From positions 160 through 64,159 of the forward strand of contig JBKOUV010000016.1 in NCBI GenBank assembly GCA_046723555.1: DNA of 64,000 nt, given 5' to 3'. The notes beneath the pieces are model-generated. The model saw nothing but the letters and a program-made list of their open reading frames with translations, searched no databases and had not been told where the DNA came from. This stretch comes from Actinomycetota bacterium. Lineage in GTDB: Bacteria; Actinomycetota; Acidimicrobiia; Acidimicrobiales; Ilumatobacteraceae. A program made the translations under genes and the position numbers. Shown here piece by piece: positions 47,924-57,855 of the stretch. Numbering within the stretch: the stretch's first letter is position 1; the number at the start of each line of letters is the position of its first letter.

Positions 47924-48439
47924 TCAACCGTCTCCGTGATCCTGGCGGAATCCCGGCGGGGTCGGCCCGCGCCAGTGGTGGCGCTCGAGAAGCTCCCGCT
48001 CGCGAGTCTGCATCGCTTGCGTCTCCCCGTCCGTGGCGTGATCGTGGCCGAGGACATGGAGGACCCCGTGGACGACGAGGAGGGCGAGCTCGTCGTCGAG
48101 CGTTCCGGCGTGCGTGGTCGCTTGTTCGGCCGCCACGACGGGGCACACGACCACGTCACCAAGGAGCACGGGAACTCCCGCCGGAACGACCGCGTCGGAC
48201 GTGTCGAGCGGGAATGAGAGCACGTCGGTGGGCCCGTCGACGCCCATGTGCTCGTGGTTCAGTCGGGCGATCTCGTCGCGGTCGACGAACGTCACCGTCA
48301 GCTCGCCCTGGGCGCCCTCGCTCGTGATTACGTCGCCGGCGAGCCGGCACCAGCGGTCGACGTCGACGGCGAGGTCGACCTGCTCGTCGGCACCGACGAC
48401 GCGCGTCGAGGGCGCGCTCGTACTTGGTGGCTCATCCAC
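47924..48439 (-). CDS. ybeY: rRNA maturation endoribonuclease YbeY
   Basis: GTG 48439, overlapping the phoH end. TDVLSFP and the zinc motif HGVLHVLGHDH. Confidence 0.88.
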   Translation of the reverse strand: MDEPPSTSAPSTRVVGADEQVDLAVDVDRWCRLAGDVITSEGAQGELTVTFVDRDEIARLNHEHMGVDGPTDVLSFPLDTSDAVVPAGVPVLLGDVVVCPVVAAEQATTHAGTLDDELALLVVHGVLHVLGHDHATDGETQAMQTRERELLERHHWRGPTPPGFRQDHGDG

Positions 48440-49421
48440 GGGATCGACGGCCTCCACGGCTGGACGCGCCGACGTTGTCGTCGCGCTCGTAGGCGGCGAC
48501 GATGTCGGCGACGATGCGGTGGCGCACCACGTCGGACGCCGACAGGTGCACGAAGGCGAGCCCGTCGATGCCGGTGAGCACGCGCTCGAGACCGACCAGC
48601 CCGCTCTTGCCGTTCGGCACGTCGACCTGGGTGACGTCACCGGTGACGACCACGCGCGACCCGAAGCCGATGCGGGTGAGGAACATCTTCATCTGCTCGG
48701 GCGTGGTGTTCTGGGCCTCGTCGAGGATGATGAAGCTGTTGTTCAGCGTCCGCCCGCGCATGAACGCGAGCGGGGCGACCTCGACCGTCTGCCGCTCGAG
48801 CAGCCGCTGGGCGCCCTCCGGTTCGACCATGTCGTAGAGGGCGTCGTACAGCGGGCGCAGGTACGGGTCGATCTTCGCCATCAGGTCGCCGGGGAGGAAA
48901 CCCAGCCGCTCGCCGGCCTCGACCGCCGGGCGGGTCAGGATGATCCGCTGGACCTGCTTGGCCTGCAGCGCCTTGACCGCCATCGCCACGGCAAGCCAGG
49001 ACTTGCCCGTCCCCGCCGGCCCGATGCCGAACGTGATGACGTTGTTGGCGATCGTGTCGATGTACCGCTTCTGACCCGCCGACTTCGGCCGGATCAGGCG
49101 ACCTTTGGCGCCGCGCAGCACGTCGTGGGTGAGGATCTCGCTGGGGAGCTCGTCGTCGTCGACCATGCCGATCACCCGGCGCAGGCTCCCCTCGTCGAGC
49201 ACGTGGCCGCGCTGCAGCAGACCGACGAGCTCCTCGAAGAGGTGAGCCGCCTGATCGGCCTGGTCGCCGCGGAGGGAAACCTCGTTGCCGCGAACGCTGA
49301 TCTCGGTGCTCGGGAAAGCGTCCTCGATCTGCCGGAGGAACTGGTCCCGTGGGCCGACGAGCGCAGACATGAGGTGCGTGCCCGGAACGACGACGGTGGT
49401 CGTGGTGTCGGTTGCCGTCAT
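48432..49421 (-). CDS. phoH: PhoH-like ATPase
   Basis: 329 aa. GPAGTGKSWLAVA, IILDEAQNTT, VVVTGDVTQVD. Confidence 0.92.
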   Translation of the reverse strand: MTATDTTTTVVVPGTHLMSALVGPRDQFLRQIEDAFPSTEISVRGNEVSLRGDQADQAAHLFEELVGLLQRGHVLDEGSLRRVIGMVDDDELPSEILTHDVLRGAKGRLIRPKSAGQKRYIDTIANNVITFGIGPAGTGKSWLAVAMAVKALQAKQVQRIILTRPAVEAGERLGFLPGDLMAKIDPYLRPLYDALYDMVEPEGAQRLLERQTVEVAPLAFMRGRTLNNSFIILDEAQNTTPEQMKMFLTRIGFGSRVVVTGDVTQVDVPNGKSGLVGLERVLTGIDGLAFVHLSASDVVRHRIVADIVAAYERDDNVGASSRGGRRSRG

Positions 49422-49484
49422 GAATGTGCTGAGCAGTCAGCGCTCATCGGAACGATGGTAGCGCTCCCCTCCCGGAGTCGGGCT

Positions 49485-50075
49485 CTACTCACCCAGGTCC
49501 GGCGACAGGTTCCAGCGCTCGACCACCCGGTAGTCGTGCTCCCAGCCGAGCAGTGAGACGCCGCCCGGATCGAGGGTCAGGGCCCGACCGGCGGACGGAT
49601 CGAGTCCGCACCAGCGGACGCCAAGGATGCGCAGCACGTGAGCGTGGGCGAACAGCACGACCGGCCGATCGATCGTCAACAGCCGATCGATCACCCCGTC
49701 GACCCTCGCCCCCACGTCGGCAAGGCTCTCGCCCTCCTCGATCGGATGGGTCCACACCGACCAGTCCGGGATCGACTCGCGGATCTCGCTCGTCCGCCGG
49801 CCTTCGTAAACGCCGTAGTCCCACTCGGCGAGCTCAGGCCAGACTTCGGCGCGATCGCCGCATCCGGCCAGCGCGGCGGTGTCGCGGGCGCGCTGCCGAG
49901 GGCTGGTCGCCACGGCGGCCGCGTCAACGCCGGGTATCCGCTGCAGCAGCGAACCGAGCGCGGCCGCGCGGCGACGTCCGGCGTCGGACAGCGGGATGTC
50001 GGTGCGACCCGTGTGGCGCCGCTCGACGCTCCACTGCGTCTCCCCATGCCGCACGAGCACCACCTGGGGAGGCAT
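49485..50075 (-). CDS. Histidine phosphatase (phosphoglycerate mutase-like) family protein
   Basis: 196 aa. VVLVRHGETQWS...RHTGRTDIPL (RHG motif) and a downstream FAHAHVLR. Confidence 0.85.
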   Translation of the reverse strand: MPPQVVLVRHGETQWSVERRHTGRTDIPLSDAGRRRAAALGSLLQRIPGVDAAAVATSPRQRARDTAALAGCGDRAEVWPELAEWDYGVYEGRRTSEIRESIPDWSVWTHPIEEGESLADVGARVDGVIDRLLTIDRPVVLFAHAHVLRILGVRWCGLDPSAGRALTLDPGGVSLLGWEHDYRVVERWNLSPDLGE

Positions 50076-50120
50076 CCGCCCGACGCTAACCGGCCGCCGT
50101 CGCCGTGACCCGCCCTCGCA

Positions 50121-50195
50121 ATCTGGGTGCAGATGCTCTCAAACGCCGTTCTCGGCGCCGATCTTCTCGGCCGGCGAGAACAACTGCGCCCAGAT
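50121..50195. repeat. Structured intergenic repeat, family 2 copy F (inverted orientation relative to copy E, with a 28-nt internal expansion)
   Basis: ATCTGGGTGCAGATG...GAGAACAACTGCGCCCAGAT. The reverse complement aligns to 10541..10586 (20 of 20 first nt, and a shared terminal ATCTGCACCCAGA). Lies in the divergent region between the histidine phosphatase and arsR-like starts. Confidence 0.8.
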
Positions 50196-50210
50196 CACTG
50201 TGTCGGGTTG

Positions 50211-50240
50211 CGCCTACGTAGGCCGACGCCTACGCTTAGG
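50211..50240. promoter_or_regulatory. Candidate ArsR-family operator: palindrome plus direct half-repeat just upstream of arsR-like ATG
   Basis: CGCCTACGTAGG (contains the 10-bp palindrome CCTACGTAGG, 50213-50222), then CGCCTACGcTTAGG (50227-50240), ending 4 nt before ATG 50244. Confidence 0.35.
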
Positions 50241-50243
50241 ACA

Positions 50244-50579
50244 ATGCAGGCCGTGCTCGACGCTGTGGCGGAGCCCAAGCGACGGGCGATCCTCCGTCTC
50301 GTCCGCTACCGGGAGCTGCCGGCCGGGACGATCGCGTCCCGTTTCCCGGACGTCTCCCGGCCCACCGTGTCCGAGCATCTGCGGATCCTGCGGGAAGCCG
50401 GCCTTCTGGTCGAGCGTCGGGTCGGCACGAAGCGGCTGTACCGGACCCGCGCCGAGGGGTTCGCCGAGGTGCGGGCGTTCCTCGACGAGTTCTGGGACGT
50501 GAAGTTGCCGGGGCTCAAACGAGAGGCGGAGCGGGAGCAAGCCGAGCAGAGGAGGCGCGATGGCAGCCGACGGCGCTGA
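50244..50579 (+). CDS. ArsR/SmtB-family transcriptional regulator
   Basis: ATG 50244. 111 aa. AVAEPKRRAILRLV...LPAGTIASRFPDVSRPTVSEHLRILREAGLV, a wHTH. Confidence 0.88.
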   Translation: MQAVLDAVAEPKRRAILRLVRYRELPAGTIASRFPDVSRPTVSEHLRILREAGLLVERRVGTKRLYRTRAEGFAEVRAFLDEFWDVKLPGLKREAEREQAEQRRRDGSRRR

Positions 50580-51039
50580 GCCCGTGGTGAAGGAGATCTA
50601 CATCGAGGCCGAGCCGGCGACCGTCTTCGAGTTCTTCGTCGACCCCGACAAGCTGTGCCGCTGGCTGGCGCTGGAGGCGACGCTCGACCCCCGCCCCGGC
50701 GGCAGGTGCATCCAGGTACACGATGGCGCCGACCGAAGGGGCGGGCGGTGCGAGATGGAGGGCACGTTCGTCTCCGTCGAACCCCCCACCCATGTCGCCT
50801 TCACTTGGGGTTTCGCCGACCCGGCGGTGCACGTGAAGCCCGGCGGCAGCGTCGTCGAGGTGACCCTCGAGCCGGTCGGCTCCGGCACGAAGGTACTGCT
50901 CGTGCACCGCGGCCTGCCCACCGATGAAGTGGTCAACCACGACCGCGGCTGGACGACGATGCTCACCCGGCTCGCCGACGCGGTCGGATCCGAGAAGTCG
51001 CCAGCCACCCCCAGCGGGCGGGACGAAAGGAGAACCTGA
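50560..51039 (+). CDS. SRPBCC (AHSA1/START-like) domain protein
   Basis: 159 aa with RBS GGAGG. VVKEIYIEAEPATVFEFFVDPDKLCRW...VAFTWGF. Confidence 0.8.
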   Translation: MAADGAEPVVKEIYIEAEPATVFEFFVDPDKLCRWLALEATLDPRPGGRCIQVHDGADRRGGRCEMEGTFVSVEPPTHVAFTWGFADPAVHVKPGGSVVEVTLEPVGSGTKVLLVHRGLPTDEVVNHDRGWTTMLTRLADAVGSEKSPATPSGRDERRT

Positions 51040-51536
51040 TGTCCACGATCCGCCACGAAGTCTGGATCAACGCCGACGCCAAGACGGTGTTCGACGCCCT
51101 CACCACCCAACCCGGGCTCGACGGCTGGTGGGGCAAGGCCCTCAGCGCCGAACCGAAGGTTGGTCACGTGATCGAGTTCGACCATGGCCACAGCGAGCTG
51201 CTGAGAATGCGCATCACCGACATCGAGCCGAACGAGCGAGTGGTATGGCGGTGCGTCTCCGACTTCACCGACCCCGGCTATCCCGGCTCCGAGTGGCTCG
51301 GGCACGAGTTGCGGTTCGAGCTCGCGTCGGCGGCCGACGACTCGCTGTCCGCGCGGTTGCTCGGCATCCTCTTCGACACCGACACCGGCGACGGGGTCAC
51401 GATCCTGCGCTTCGAGCAGCGCGGCTGGTCGAGCGAGGATCGGTGGTGCGCGTTCTGCAACAGCGCGTGGGGCGCCACGCTCGCCGGTCCGCTGAAGAGC
51501 TTTTGCGAAGGGTCGAACCCGTCACCCGCTACGTAG
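51039..51536 (+). CDS. SRPBCC (AHSA1/START-like) domain protein, second paralog
   Basis: 165 aa with RBS AAAGGAG. The ATG overlaps the upstream stop. IRHEVWINADAKTVFDALTTQPGLDGWW. Confidence 0.8.
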   Translation: MSTIRHEVWINADAKTVFDALTTQPGLDGWWGKALSAEPKVGHVIEFDHGHSELLRMRITDIEPNERVVWRCVSDFTDPGYPGSEWLGHELRFELASAADDSLSARLLGILFDTDTGDGVTILRFEQRGWSSEDRWCAFCNSAWGATLAGPLKSFCEGSNPSPAT

Positions 51537-51558
51537 CGTTGCGGGCACGAGTCACCAC

Positions 51559-52050
51559 ATCCTCTTCCTCTGCACCGGCAACGCCACCCGGTCCGTCCTG
51601 GCCGGGGCCGCCCTCCGCGCCCACATGCCCCACCTCGAGGTGCGGACCGCGGGGACGTTGAGCATCGACGGGCTGCCGATGAGCTGGCGGACGAACGCCG
51701 GTTTCGAGGCAGTCGGCCTGCCGCGGCCGGTCCACCGCAGCCGGCAGGTCACACCCGCCGACCTGGACCGGGCCACGCTCGTCATCGGGCTGGCGCCGGA
51801 ACACGTCGAGTGGGTGCGCCGGGAGCACCGCGCCGTGGCCGAGCGGACGGGGACGCTCAAGCGCCTCGTGCGCGATCTGCCAGCCGACGACCGTCCACTG
51901 CCTGACCGGGTCGCCGAGCTGCGGCTCGCCGCGGTCGAGCTCGGGGCCTGGGAGGAGGTCGTCGACCCCGGCGGTGGCGAGGTCGAGGCGTTCACCGCCT
52001 GTGCCCAAGAGGTCGTCGGGTTGATCGAGCAGCTCGCCCGCCGTCTCTGA
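51559..52050 (+). CDS. Low-molecular-weight phosphotyrosine phosphatase / ArsC-like protein; no canonical start codon before the P-loop
   Basis: The frame is open from 51496. HHILFLCTGNATRSVLA (CX5R-S P-loop) is encoded at 51553-51603, and a DP loop (VVDPGGGE) lies near the C-terminus. The first ATG is at 51625, after the P-loop. 51559 is an ATC codon, used here as a nominal start. Confidence 0.55.
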   Translation: MLFLCTGNATRSVLAGAALRAHMPHLEVRTAGTLSIDGLPMSWRTNAGFEAVGLPRPVHRSRQVTPADLDRATLVIGLAPEHVEWVRREHRAVAERTGTLKRLVRDLPADDRPLPDRVAELRLAAVELGAWEEVVDPGGGEVEAFTACAQEVVGLIEQLARRL

Positions 52051-52069
52051 CCGGCCTAGGGTCGTCCCC

Positions 52070-53416
52070 ATGAGCACCAGCGTCGAATCGTTCACCGGAC
52101 CGACCACCGAACTGCTCCAGTCGCTCATCCGGAACGAGTGCGTCAACGACGGCCGGCCCGAATCCGGGAACGAGGTCCGCAACGCCGACCTGCTGCAGAC
52201 CTACCTCGAAGGAGCTGGTCTGGACGTCGCCCGGTTCGAGAGCCGGCCCGGCCGCACCTCGATCGTCGCCCGCATCGAGGGCAGCGATCCCAACGCACCC
52301 GCACTGTGCCTGATGGGTCACACCGACGTCGTGCCCGTCAACGCCGACGGGTGGTCCCGCGACCCGTTCGCCGCCGAGCTCGTCGACGGCGAGGTGTGGG
52401 GACGGGGCGCCATCGACATGCTCAACATCACGTCGTCGATGGCCGTCGCGTTCCGCCAGCTCGCCACCGAGGGTTTCCGGCCGAAGGGGACGCTGATCTA
52501 CTTCGGCGTCGCCGACGAGGAGGCCGGGGGCGTGTGGGGCGCCGAATACATGGTCGACAACCACTGGGATGCCGTCGGCGCCGAGTACGTGCTGACCGAG
52601 TCCGGCGGGTGGTCCCAGATCCGCGGGGACGGGACCCACAGCATCACCGTCAATGTCGCCGAGAAGGGTCTCGCCTGGCGGCGCCTGCGGATCGCCGGCA
52701 CGCCCGGTCACGGCTCGATGCCGTACGGCGCCGACAACGCGCTGATCACCGCCGCCGAGATCGTCCGCCGGCTCGCCGCCTACAAGACCGCGCCCAACCT
52801 CGACGACCTGTGGGCCGCCCGCCTCGAGGCCATCGACATGCCCGACGACGTCCGCGCCGCCCTGTCCGACCCGGCGACCATCGACGAGGCCATCGCCTCG
52901 CTCCCCACCATCTACGCCCGGGTCGCCCACGCCTGCTCGCACACCACCATCTCCCCGAACGTCATCCACGGCGGGCAGAAGACCAACACGATCCCCGACG
53001 TCATCGACATCGACGTCGACATGCGCACCGTCCCCGGCGACACGAAGGAGGTCGTCGACAAGTACCTCGCCGAGGCCCTCGGCGACCTCGCCGACCGCGT
53101 CGAGGTGACGACGCTGCAGGAGGCCGACGCCACCCGATCGCCGATGGACAACCCGCTGTGGGAAGCCGTCAGCGCCTGCACCCGGGAGGTCTACCCGGAG
53201 GCCCGGGTGATCCCGGGACTGATCACCGGCGGCACCGACGCCCGCTTCTTCCGGCGCCAGGGCTCGGTCGCCTACGGCGCCTCGCTCCTGTCCCGCGACG
53301 TCACGATCGAGCAGTTCGCCTCCCGCTTCCACGGCAACGACGAGCGCATCGACACCCACTCCCTCGGCCTGTCCACGGACTTCTGGTACCACATCGCCCG
53401 CGAGCTCGTCGGCTGA
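52070..53416 (+). CDS. M20/M25/M40-family metallopeptidase
   Basis: 448 aa. LMGHTDVVP, WGRGAIDM, ADEEAGG, GHGSMP. Confidence 0.88.
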   Translation: MSTSVESFTGPTTELLQSLIRNECVNDGRPESGNEVRNADLLQTYLEGAGLDVARFESRPGRTSIVARIEGSDPNAPALCLMGHTDVVPVNADGWSRDPFAAELVDGEVWGRGAIDMLNITSSMAVAFRQLATEGFRPKGTLIYFGVADEEAGGVWGAEYMVDNHWDAVGAEYVLTESGGWSQIRGDGTHSITVNVAEKGLAWRRLRIAGTPGHGSMPYGADNALITAAEIVRRLAAYKTAPNLDDLWAARLEAIDMPDDVRAALSDPATIDEAIASLPTIYARVAHACSHTTISPNVIHGGQKTNTIPDVIDIDVDMRTVPGDTKEVVDKYLAEALGDLADRVEVTTLQEADATRSPMDNPLWEAVSACTREVYPEARVIPGLITGGTDARFFRRQGSVAYGASLLSRDVTIEQFASRFHGNDERIDTHSLGLSTDFWYHIARELVG

Positions 53417-53422
53417 CCGCAC

Positions 53423-53483
53423 CCGGGTGTTTCGCGCTGTCCGAGTGTCTCGCGCGACCACGTCCCCGCGGCAAACACTCGGG
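53423..53483. repeat. Structured intergenic repeat, family 1 copy C (two direct units plus one inverted unit)
   Basis: CCGGGTGTTTCGCG-ctgt-CCGAGTGTCTCGCG-cgaccacgtccccgcgg-CAAACACTCGGG. The GTG start of the next gene (53483) begins at the element's last nucleotide, within the conserved GGGTG tail. Confidence 0.8.
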
Positions 53484-54601
53484 TGACCGCTGACGTCCTC
53501 ACCACGCGGGCGCTCAACCGCGCCACGCTGGCCCGCCAACTCCTGCTGACGCGGGACGACCGTTCGATCCTCGACGCCGTCAGTCACCTCGTCGGGCTCC
53601 AGGCGCAGGTCCCGGCGAACCCGTACCTGGGGTTGTGGTCGCGGCTGGCCAGGTTCGTCCCGGACGACCTCGCCCAGCTGCTCGTAGACCGCCGGGTCGT
53701 GCGCATGACGGTGATGCGGGGCACGATCCACCTCGTCACCGCCGACGACGCGCTCGTCCTGCGTCCGCTGATGCAACCGGTCCTCGACGCCGAGCTCAGC
53801 CGCCACCGCGACTGGGCGCCGGCGCTCCGTGACGTCGACCTCGAGGCCGTGCTCGCCTTCGCCCGCCCACTGCTCGGTGAGCGGCCGTACAACGGCAGCC
53901 AGCTGCGGGCGGCGATGGCGGAGCAGTTCCCGGATCAGGACGCCGCCGCCCTCGCCTACGCCTGCCGCTGCCGCCTCCCCCTCGTCCAGGTGCCACCGCG
54001 CGGGCTGTGGCGTCGGACTGGGCCGGTGGCGGTCATGACCGCCGAGGGTTGGCTCGGCGCATCGCTCGCCACCGAGCCCTCGATCGACGACGTCGTCCTG
54101 CGCTACCTCGGCGCGTTCGGTCCGGCCGCGACCGGCGACATCGCCGCCTGGTCCCGACTGGCCGGGCTCGGCGAGGTCGTCGAGCGCCTTCGGCCGCGCC
54201 TCCGCCCGTTCCGCGACGAGCGGGGCCGTGAACTGTTCGACCTCCTCGACGCCCCGCGTCCCGACCCCGACACGCCGGCACCGCCGCGGTTCCTCCCCGA
54301 GTACGACAACGCCCTGCTCTCGCACGCCGACCGATCCCGACTGGTATCGGGCGAGCATCGCGGATGGCTGTTCGAGACGCCCGGACCGGTGCACGGCTCG
54401 TTCCTCCACGACGGGTTGCTCGGAGGGACGTGGTCGATCGATCGCTCGGCCGACACTTCGCAACTCGTCGTTCGACCGCTCGTGCGGCTGTCCAAGCGAG
54501 CCGGGACGGCGCTGCTGGCCGAGGGCCGCCGTGTGCTCCGCTTCCTCGAGCCCGAGATACCGGCCGGCGATCTGGACGTCCGTTTCGATCCCGCGTCTTG
54601 A
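53483..54601 (+). CDS. Winged-helix HTH_42 superfamily protein (AlkZ/YcaQ-like DNA glycosylase family)
   Basis: 372 aa. LNRATLARQLLL...AVSHLVGLQAQVPANPYLGLWSR...VVRMTVMRGTIHLV. The QAQ triplet lies at residues 40-42. Confidence 0.75.
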   Translation: MTADVLTTRALNRATLARQLLLTRDDRSILDAVSHLVGLQAQVPANPYLGLWSRLARFVPDDLAQLLVDRRVVRMTVMRGTIHLVTADDALVLRPLMQPVLDAELSRHRDWAPALRDVDLEAVLAFARPLLGERPYNGSQLRAAMAEQFPDQDAAALAYACRCRLPLVQVPPRGLWRRTGPVAVMTAEGWLGASLATEPSIDDVVLRYLGAFGPAATGDIAAWSRLAGLGEVVERLRPRLRPFRDERGRELFDLLDAPRPDPDTPAPPRFLPEYDNALLSHADRSRLVSGEHRGWLFETPGPVHGSFLHDGLLGGTWSIDRSADTSQLVVRPLVRLSKRAGTALLAEGRRVLRFLEPEIPAGDLDVRFDPAS

Positions 54602-54682
54602 CGGCTCCGAACTCGTCGCGCCCACCTTCTGAGTTGGAGCGGGTCGGCGAAGCGGTTCAACGACCTGCCATTCCCGCGCTGA

Positions 54683-55417
54683 TCACCCGGACAGCTCCGC
54701 CGCCGGCTTGGCACCGCGGTCGCGCAGCCACTCGACCATCCCGCTCATCTCGTTGCGGACGGCGGTGTCGAGGGGCGTCGTGCCGTCCCAGATGGCGATC
54801 CAGTTGATGTCGGCCCCTCGGTCGAGCAGGAACGCCCCGACGTCCTGCTGTCCGCCGTGGGCGGCGTACCAGAGCGCCTGGGTGAGGCCCTCCGACGACG
54901 GGGGCGGATCGCCGGCACAGAACGCCTCGACGCGGTCGAGCAACCCGAGCGCGGCGGCCTCGCGCAGCGGCGTGTGGGCGCCGCGCTCGACGAGCCGGCG
55001 GGCCGCGTTCCACTGGGCGAACGCCGCCGCATCGCTGAGCGCGGTCCCGCCGGCGATCACCGCGCCGGGCGCCTCGATGTCGGCCCCGGCGTCGAGCAGC
55101 ACGTCGAGCACCTCGACGTCGTCGCTGCTCGCCGCCCAGTGCAGCGGGGTCTCGGTGTGTGGTCCGGTGAACCGGGCGTTGACGTCGGCGCCGGCGTCGA
55201 TCAGCGCGGCGACCGTGGCGGCGTTGTTCGGGTAGTGGCCGGGCCAGTCCGTCGCCGCGTGGAGCAACGTCCGCGACATCCCGTCGGGGTGCTCGCCGAT
55301 GAACGCGGCGGCCAACCCGGGATGTTCGTCGAGCATCCGCTGCAGGGTGTCGAGATCGCCGCGCTGCACCGCCTCGGTCGCGGCGATCGCGACGGGATCG
55401 TCCGCGGCCAGGATCAT
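54683..55417 (-). CDS. Ankyrin-repeat protein
   Basis: Trimmed from the 1043-aa run-on ORF to ATG 55417 (MILAADDPVAIAATEAVQRGDLDTLQRMLDEHP...), 244 aa. Repeated TPLHWAA..DVEVLDVLLDAGADI / TALSDAA / LWYAAHGGQQDVGAFLLDRGADIN modules. Confidence 0.8.
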   Translation of the reverse strand: MILAADDPVAIAATEAVQRGDLDTLQRMLDEHPGLAAAFIGEHPDGMSRTLLHAATDWPGHYPNNAATVAALIDAGADVNARFTGPHTETPLHWAASSDDVEVLDVLLDAGADIEAPGAVIAGGTALSDAAAFAQWNAARRLVERGAHTPLREAAALGLLDRVEAFCAGDPPPSSEGLTQALWYAAHGGQQDVGAFLLDRGADINWIAIWDGTTPLDTAVRNEMSGMVEWLRDRGAKPAAELSG

Positions 55418-55761
55418 CGCTTCCGCTTGCCCTTGGCCGGCAGTGCCCGGGCGTACGACGTGCCGATCCCGACCCACTTGGCGAGCTGCCGCTTGGTGCG
55501 CACGTCCTCGGCGTCGACGCGGAGCCAGCCGCGCATCTCCTTGCCGCGCATCACCATCGGGCTCGCCTTTGTCTTCGCCACGATCGCGTCCGACTCGGCG
55601 GGGTCGGCCCGGACCAACGCACCTCCCCCGCCGCTCGCGGCGATGGCCATGTTCCCGTTGATGAGGAATGCCAGCCCGCCGAACATCTTCTGCTCCGACA
55701 CGTTGTCCTCGTCGGCGATGAGCTCGCGGATCCGATCGGCAAGGTCTTCGTCGTACGCCAC
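55414..55761 (-). CDS. TfoX N-terminal-domain protein
   Basis: GTG 55761 (VAYDEDLADRIRELIAD...EQKMFGGLAFLINGNMA...), 115 aa. Its stop overlaps the ankyrin start (ATGA). Confidence 0.7.
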   Translation of the reverse strand: MAYDEDLADRIRELIADEDNVSEQKMFGGLAFLINGNMAIAASGGGGALVRADPAESDAIVAKTKASPMVMRGKEMRGWLRVDAEDVRTKRQLAKWVGIGTSYARALPAKGKRKR

Positions 55762-55831
55762 AAACCCCGAGCGTACGACGAACGCTGTGCGCTGAGGTTG
55801 GCCCAATCCGCCCCGTGGGTAAGGTCGCGGG

Positions 55832-57850
<2,019 letters not shown>

Positions 57851-57855
57851 GTGTG

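Noticed and set aside
51992-54625. 877-aa minus-strand ORF spanning the M20 peptidase and HTH_42 genes
   Set aside because: It is antisense to two plus-strand genes with clear family motifs and RBS or start support. Its composition is Arg/Gly/Asp/Val-biased with no domains recognisable.
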